NCBI GenBank assembly: GCA_038245905.1
Contig: JBBRRY010000045.1
Location: 1-20,740 of the forward strand
DNA: 20,740 bases
Origin: Thermoanaerobaculia bacterium
Lineage (GTDB): Bacteria > Acidobacteriota > Thermoanaerobaculia > UBA5066
Reading direction: 5' to 3'
In this document: one piece after another, positions 20,401-20,740 of the stretch
Numbering within the stretch: position 1 is the first letter of the stretch
Layout: each line of letters begins with the position of its first letter
The notes under the pieces: model-generated
Databases searched by the model: none
Told to the model about the DNA's origin: nothing
Seen by the model: only the letters and a program-made list of their open reading frames with translations
Position numbers and translations under genes: made by a program

Positions 20401-20740
20401 CGTTACGTGGGACGTCCCGGCCAGCGACGCTGTCCTCCTCGACCGGAACTTTCCGCTGGTCTACGAATGCGCGGTGGCGTCAGCAGACAGCGTCAGCGGT
20501 GCGTTCCCCGGCGGCCAGAACCTCCTCTTCCAGGGCCTCTGGACCGACCCCGTCACCGGCATCGCCTACGCCAGAAACCGCTGGTACGACGCGAGGAATG
20601 TGGGATGGCTCTCCCAAGACCCTCTCGGCGACCGCGACTCCGTCAACCTCTACGGATTCGTCGGAGCAAGGCCGCACGAGAAGACCGATCCGTTGGGACT
20701 GGGAATCCTCGATGACACATTCGGCTGGGTGAAGGAGAAG
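2378..20740 (+). CDS. Giant (>6121 aa, 3'-truncated) signal-peptide-bearing, multi-Ig-domain Rhs/YD-repeat protein; putative polymorphic toxin/adhesin
   Basis: Frame +2 from GTG 2378 has no stop to the window end in my manual translation. Consistently, the ORF track lists no terminated frame +2 ORF after 2378. It begins MNRRSLFAALALALLGAGLARA and ends WYDARNVGWLSQDPLGDRDSVNLYGFVGARPHEKTDPLGL|GILDDTFGWVKEK. It has many YDxxGR repeats. Confidence 0.96.
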   Translation, partial: MNRRSLFAALALALLGAGLARAADAPFAIGQPLARRAIFGCAGVTVQDGSTVRSEGVSSYAAKEGQAHVASNGDILVTSRATILGDATAGPGHLATVAPDAAVSGLTTPAAAAVDCAPVDLVRLTASLVSNDNAKIPKTALGRSALTGATGDALVLDAHDSVTLPAGTFVFSSIDLSERAHVKVAGDARVLVTGNVRITGNSFLNPAGRAFRLRLFVLGTRVTVESLSTVGAFVIAPSAEVFVGSESRVLGTIFAKTVTVREASAVIRLVDDTPPVLTLIEPTGTGLPSLAAVRVRGFARDPETAVISATVNGRVVSLESDGSFDTTMDVTASSEVRLDAENAMGLVATVRVNLCSGPPTVAVLSPADGSLVGARIGSVSGTFRGATSIAVNGRPAVLGDGTFRLDGFDFGPDGVVVVAVVASSSCAQSSVASVFTLDTAPPVVTIDTPAPGSVLASSPVTVSGTFVEPNLAEITVNGVAAVISGNRFTAVVPIPLGPSALVAEGRDRLGRVGVSARVNVTLDTQSASVVITSPISGALTADGTATVTGTASVPGLASVRVAGRAAAVTGTSFTVSGVPLAEGDNRLVAEAIDSASRSFFSQPVFVTLDSLPPDVALDASSFPLLTRLSTVNVSGTAADPHLGAVTVNGVAAVVSAGRFTAANVPLAEGANSVRAHAIDTLGHAADSASATVDRDTQAPAVTITSPTLNAQLTASSVTVSGTAVDPHLAGVTVNGVAASVSNGRFTALLTLSEGDTTLVANASDTLGNAALSAGVPVTVDTIAPIVSIDSPADPLTGSASVTVTGTVVEPHLLSLTVSGVPAFVSGGRWVATNVPLVEGTQRLTAVAVDTFGHRAESSQVEYRLDSTPPVLTMDAPAAGSAACRAPGPPVTVSGRVYGRAGVRPVVTLGVQPAGSAAQSFTAALDAAGTTWTVPAVDLGSADGAATLTATTSDSLGHDVRVLRTFRIKASSPSLSLLLDGNAMPGSAVGAVAAPGETPVLFGRALLPRASVSDGPGSAPPAPVVTLDGAPWGGSPISAEGTHLLAATVTDCAGHAAFVHALFTIDVTPPRLLTFVPADQATLGVAVASVSGTSDPDLASATVNGVAAAVSGGAFARTPFPWKEGANALTIQLVDRAGNAATYTRSFTVRTIGPSVEILESGAPLGSGAKFFRAVTPTVRSNDPAATVTATLNGAVFVSGTPVSVSGDYALAATAADALGHTATANASFKVDLSPGPEVDIASPADRSVLPGPTVAVTGTASASVTSVTVNGRIATLAGATWGLPDLVLPPDVPSEIVAIAFDAAGRTASATRQVTVRASGPQIAILEPADGAKTNRKKIDVAGAVVGGPSATANGSVVVAGQTLLLDALGTFRAKDVALQTGANTITASATDPLGRTGTASVTVTTDSAAPGIAIAADGQPLAEGASFARPFTVRVTITDDTLPLPVPAIRLNGQDKGATAAVTDLPIAQAGGYVLSVVVRDAAGNESRADRSFVLASGGCAVSALDPGDGAVVAAPKVTLKGRSGDAASVTVTSAGQTFAAQLADGTFAAGDVPLAAMGDNPLSIACTDRAGAVSTTNLNVRRLQDGAGPVVRIVQPAGGARQTGGTVTVSGTVSDPAAAVTVNGVKATVASGGFSTGPLPLVEGPNVLAARAVDAAGRSGEDRVVVFRDSAAPKVAITSPPDGAHVGKPGSGPVVVNVSGFVDLTSEPNLASVVVATSAGSVTATVDADTGAFYAGGVPLATTSPGVSQSVTATATDTLGQSVTATVGVIYDPAAPALVLGQPVDGTRFSETSPPSFAASGDAWAKDGAIVSINGGGLDGLTWDAPAADGRRHASFTPQVTMPATEGPFGVIARVEEPSGAYANDKRLLFKDVTAPTVVDMQPADGAKQVDANEIPLVLFSENVRPSSLSAADGLTLTRVATGDKAVGTFTIAGSAVAFAPGAAMVRGEAYKFRAGAGVTDLVGHPLAAAKEVQFTVAAVGTSAPPVLDALPPVVCATQLVVAGAAVPNASVRVRDAALSVSGNADAAGRFAVTIPLSGNGWHAVHAAVIDSGGTAGPEAAALFRVDCSAPAVVGATFDRGSGKIAVVFAEAMRASTVTVGGPGSAITVSKADDATNAPQAATLTLSTDGATATLDLGNSPSIWWLNASVRLSVGPPATDAAGNVMTAPFSTVFFAGGGGDLSGGFLSGAALDEESGRPLAGADARLYASGAALPGSVPAVEVTPATASTVTDGRGRFSLTGDIAAGRYALVLSRTGYTRAVRRLALEPAVGAVPFGSRLTPLAAQAPSLLAAAAGGSFAGPAGSSLTADFASNALVAATSLGVRLTPLSGQGLPEPLPLGWTPLAAAELRLVPNGAGDDALPEGAGTPFTPGGVTLTLALPAGILTADLYAARYDVVAGAWLALPLPVFVAGSSSTPDRARVTPTGPGTVALIAPDADPATRPAVMPVSLDAPLVGVALPSTVPTLSATIALDPPIVSPIGRATARVLAKASDGVTPFPSGLAVQGYLDEKLILSGGAGELYEAPFSADLVLYHPPLSAGDLGGAAPGAVGALSFRISPSPRAAQVLLDTGYENVRLFPFTDQLERGQVLGPAGGSVSTADGVELFVPESGLAQKTVVSARKLTAAELAALPPVSGYATAAAVRVSFSGASLARAASLRLNAPTGLPVDAADDPRYVLAVLVDQPDDGRGAFANAVSRVTLLPAAGAVPARLVAAPEVSGSPLPFPGVAGEGVFLFLHANAPIGFVTGRVAAPNGAGIAGSRVTAAGLGTANLSVPGGPYAVPAPAGSPTLTALHPVLGLSGTGQVPSLAKGQVGMLDLVLSPTPPQIRSLQPANGATDQPVGSTVAIVFSAALDPASVTAATLSVSLADSAGASTGLVFSGAIALSPDRTTVVFTPTRPLPPGRRIAARFVGGVRDAAGTAYGGPLPVDWSFTTSTQFVTGGSVHPEKIRLLVPVNGVARVIGDPGALPAALSGTTPWSAFADVDGPVACPSVTTVPADSAGGFTLNAGCPPSSTVTFASRVYIHILDPTGTEAATFRLGLFTTPDGKGFVAVPGDETVFTTAEGVEVTTPAAAFDTPTLVKVTKQPLDSLAVALNPGFEMGAVLNVDFDGTAKETLRLRIPVVTASPVGGLVFAGTPFETPWGRKLKILDVGRLVDDGKGGKLISTAEADQPDDPALVAGGASSVRTGGRKAQALPKKLLQTIAAEFTARATAGFIFGATLELAAITGHVEPAIVGTTFFILYNALADAFIYQAIAHNWDGRYVLPSTGTAFTVVKRELATGWILGQKDYGPVAPSPGRFVNLGELEPGSSDPPRLVDAAPFPVIRFKAPAVSTGQETNLRLRLEMEANTTDQALVTLRSVSGLAFADGTVVSLYNLTQGTSVKATVSGGSFTAGPVAGKAGDDLLALVLASDVETDGLTDLTFEFSRPLQSVADPRTLVALTDVETGAPVAMQAFLEASSTRLRVQLYGALGRGRDYKVELSSIFSDNGVAYHASDPTVFTFRTRRAQQDPIGSTLGPGLSLGDTDSARDVLKFGNLLLVGSGNGRLLAVDASDPAKPVLFARLTPSAGDQVRAFATDGHNRLFYNARFGSTWAIKAVRVEDVWNASLANCPSSAGDPGWLAALPCFLPVDGGVKAAFALGSSLGLTGSEYLSLMGGLGTGMPAGLEALAANDVVGPYPAEEFFQRIAGSGTYPVGPPSSPDPGVDVTLTVSTAGHVFDRGVAPCGEPSYDRKQRVTVDNLTTGQSWSIDVANPSNSGTTASVRIHARRRDVIQVRYNKTAIGYVAIVGSGVTVVDLNRFYDSPLPSGSANQINRGECQRRLGTYEGADATFGPCSGASPTSLSNTPALAVVPGHAESASIDVFSVLTHFGAGNLVSDANAPGALQAVEMRCLRDAVPSVPPAAAYRAAAIALGTTWMDVGAVAGSSGKFTKPNPAPPPTELNGDLLFYSLGPAGVAVFDVTFRPTMNLIGRFWRKDHSVYRLATDRAGKRLFAGGQDKDGKAIIDVWDIGRANGGPSSDGSYPPSVDSVDPRLLFTLNAPWDTNHLGLDEDTGLLYTWGSRADGKTGGFVLATRDPQFVFSGLFRPVGETRDPIAGGPPLPSAQRTIDKLTPLIPLGVAMRVLPKDEADPEKAKTDERAATAAFKLRVALPGVLKEKLYARVQSLRALPDERLLARENVGPFVAAPGGDGWPERDVSITLRRLVPAGAPTAEKLKPPYNLYESDEVILLIADPRARADYWKGKQTLAPPATADENTQCRRCGRPSYLPVKADDPTLKVKELLAGGPWIRAFLAEPPGGDADTRAALDYFDSTEDNYPRPAGAVQSLGFADEVPSPVQIALAEPALNAASWSAEAGASVSLVSGEALLAATDHAVEGRGVGFVFDRTYRSGVLGYGSLGAAGWGSSMFARLRLLPATKEVELHDGSGHVFRFSPPVEGSCALPALPGPTRDVPTHELDGGWCVPRGLYLKLDVVGEGDSYRLLGRNHDTMLFDSSGRLVQLSDRIRHGASDPKKQGNTLQLFYDGAGFLMGAEDEMGRSYRFTYDKEPLLAGGDPNPKYALLKTVEDFATPPRVVTFRFDDERRLTEVQLPAVTNPDAEFKHDAPIVRYKYEYAKTLASTAPANGPDFSKLKLTSFLLPDADAPRIAFDYAPATGRVTTLTLPPSAVGGTGTAWTLRYVDPSSDAGPTKTVSVVAPWSFSLDYALDAGRITTLTEKVETVGPADGDIPDVAVGPPVQTLTTNYSYLEDGRLDFVEWPDKHLTRQKYPDGGVRLELANVVEATAEPGGAPTGPAKHGVPATKVTSFVDNIAQTILDPLLRSTTSAVATANGLANPAFVGNDDPGKPQPIQPTVGGTASYDPYGRLATFQGNGTNSTQAGTKFGKDAQGRENAGFATEIARGEVKETLEYDTDGTGPRGNVTHRTTSFKTESKFDYDEWDRTIREETGLSKGDLEQVTDAIVTRGYDASGHLAVERRKQAGVGTGTVETRYTYNDREQLLSVTVDNLASESPGAAAGLKGTTAYSYDSSGRVSEVRSPQGVITHYEYDSAGRVKSERVGPTGGIRSRGYDAMGRLVWRTDGDDGFWRGRYDAWGRLFQEDLPTGASLEREFDAAGGVLRETLFTGLPGLVASTKITETKKHVTSFGAVDLVDELLTTGPETHRITKKTYDGSGRLVTVTSGPTDAIQRTDLTAAYDAAGRSTSQTDAGQNVTEFRYTNAAPWPTRMTFTEAVPGKAPVQTTYSEYGRDAFGRVVGEKRYGGSSVLVSETMTKFDQSGNVRSVKTVIGNETTFTYDGAGRLLTEARPTNGTTQYGYDLDGRVRHRVSGSISARPNKTDYGYDTSGRLDKVDRPDSTSESFKYNGDDTVQTWTTRSGIVVTNRYDAANRLLSRTPARSSNSKAPAVDGGDRYAYDEGSRLKSVDRWDEPAGAAAFLSNLSARAAFAQYDAAGRPGEERIGARSPLTRVYDTWSREADVRVPDGVGRQAASAFTGYHREFDSLDRLLSLSAVGDTALGARWDWGGTSRLYGVTTSSSLGTAHRYSFLGSYGPQPGGSVTTPWQLGVVSVGSSAAGDAAVDAPASVWGQMAYGYKTGDATKRGRAVMGAAPGRVGVFANQGWRFTSDDALRLTSAEAGSGSIDGSDPAVISEKFTAVYDIGDEVKVLSREKSAVRSATFVPGVEGRIESRNGIAFDHDPEGRRLADDRYTYAWGWRGELLSVSVKDCWPAENGESHAPDCPSGFTRPRFAGHKVLYEYDALGSLLAREERGEPASPGDEATRPFYERREYLWDGTRLLAEAGRAADGGLLWRKSYVPGASGLDDAVQQRVETYDVTGAEAAPPKLYAFLRDDQNTVLGLVEERDGADPKNPPIPVRYHYSPYGEAHAETATELVRVTFEDSLHSVTSPDGTTASQTTAADARDGGLRIFLTLPVDPSVLATALTVEKRNADGTWGALTAAELALGQHPGQPDEIEVIAVNGWKQGATYRVRINGLKDTLGRTATSSSLVTWDVPASDAVLLDRNFPLVYECAVASADSVSGAFPGGQNLLFQGLWTDPVTGIAYARNRWYDARNVGWLSQDPLGDRDSVNLYGFVGARPHEKTDPLGLGILDDTFGWVKEK
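2477..3187 (+). other. Beta-solenoid domain, ice-binding (DUF3494)/DUF7305-like
   Basis: Motifs AIFGCAGVTV, VASNGDILV..ATILGDATAGPG, VTLPAGTFVFSSIDL, VLVTGNVRITG, LRLFVLG and FVIAPSAEVFVG..VLGTIFAKTVTV occur in the order typical of this fold. Confidence 0.65.
3191..7996 (+). repeat. Tandem array of about 18 bacterial Ig-like domains (about 85-105 aa each)
   Basis: Units open with D-T/S-x-x-P-x-V-x-I-x-x-P and contain VSG...VTVNG...F...VPLxEGxNxLxAxAxDxxG. Unit starts at 3689, 3944, 4202, 4460, 4715 and 4970 give a 255/258-nt period. Confidence 0.9.
7997..12910 (+). other. Mixed domain block: about four SbsA-type Ig (Big_5), two to three carboxypeptidase-regulatory-like and three ZU5-like domains
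   Basis: Big_5-like at about 7997 (DVTAPTVVDMQPADGAKQVD..VLFSENV), 8582, 10856 (PPQIRSLQPANGATDQPVGSTVAIVFSAALDPASV..VVFTPTRPL..VRDAAG..WSFTT) and 12326. CarboxypepD_reg-like at about 8936 (LSGAALDEESGRPLAGA..TDGRGRFSL..GRYALVLSRTGY), 10615 and possibly 12065. ZU5-like at about 9260, 10145 (LGPAGGSVSTADGVELFVPESGL) and 11530 (GVEVTTPAAAF). Confidence 0.7.
12977..14620 (+). other. LVIVD/YVTN-like beta-propeller with large loop insertions
   Basis: Blade motifs: ARDVLKFGNLLLVGSGNGRLLAVDASDPAKPVLFARL, VRAFATDGHNRLFY, GYVAIVGSGVTVVDL, LLFYSLGPAGVAVFDVT, VYRLATDRAGKRLFAGG..IIDVWDI and HLGLDEDTGLLYTWG. Confidence 0.7.
15461..15691 (+). other. DUF6531-like Rhs shell entry domain
   Basis: GASVSLVSGEALLAATDHAVEGRGVGFVFDRTYRSGVLGYGSLGAAGWGSSMFARL...VELHDGSGHVFRF matches the VxxxxGE..TD..G..FxRTYRS..GxxGxGW pattern. 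Confidence 0.8.
15850..20029 (+). repeat. YD/RHS repeat array (cocoon shell)
   Basis: Many units, e.g. FDSSGRLVQLSD, YDPYGRL, YDEWDRTIRE, YDSSGRVSEV, YEYDSAGRV, YDAMGRLV, YDAWGRL, YDGAGRLL, YDLDGRV, YDTSGRL, YDAANRLL and YEYDALG. Confidence 0.93.
20003..20701 (+). other. RHS repeat-associated core (aspartyl autoprotease), split by an inserted domain
   Basis: RYHYSPYGE, then a 163-aa insert, then NLLFQGLWTDPVTGIAYARNRWYD...WLSQDPLG...NLYGFVGARPHEKTDPLGL. The PxxxxDPxGL terminus is at 20672-20701. Confidence 0.93.
20702..20740 (+). other. Start of the hypervariable C-terminal cargo (putative toxin); identity not determinable
   Basis: GILDDTFGWVKEK follows DPLGL directly; the window then ends. 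Confidence 0.8.

Noticed and set aside
1-20740. CRISPR arrays, tRNA/rRNA genes, IS elements, terminators, DGR-like template repeats
   Set aside because: The window is fully coding with no intergenic space. I saw no near-identical nucleotide repeats or transposase/RT motifs by eye; the repeats are diverged protein-level units.

Overview
GC-rich bacterial DNA (roughly 70% by eye) carrying three co-directional + strand genes joined by 4-nt stop/start overlaps. (1) The 3' end of a probably large gene with Ig-like and duplicated beta modules (<1..1512). (2) A 290-aa signal-peptide protein resembling DUF4412 (1509..2381). (3) A giant gene (2378..>20740, at least 6121 codons) that the supplied ORF track misses because it has no stop in the window. 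I translated gene 3 by hand in frame +2. Its order is: signal peptide; ice-binding/DUF7305-like beta-solenoid; about 18 tandem Ig-like repeats; a mixed block of SbsA-type Ig (Big_5), carboxypeptidase-regulatory-like and ZU5-like domains; an LVIVD-like beta-propeller; an unassigned CxxC domain; a DUF6531-like shell entry; a YD-repeat shell; an Rhs core with an intact autoprotease motif ending DPLGL; and the first 13 residues of a C-terminal cargo. The Rhs core is interrupted by a Big_5-like insert of about 160 aa. The best reading is a signal-peptide-exported, adhesin-stalked giant Rhs polymorphic toxin with no visible T6SS-targeting domain, in an operon with a partner surface protein and a small exported accessory protein. 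Domain names come from motif recognition by eye, not from HMM searches. The cargo and any immunity gene lie beyond the window.
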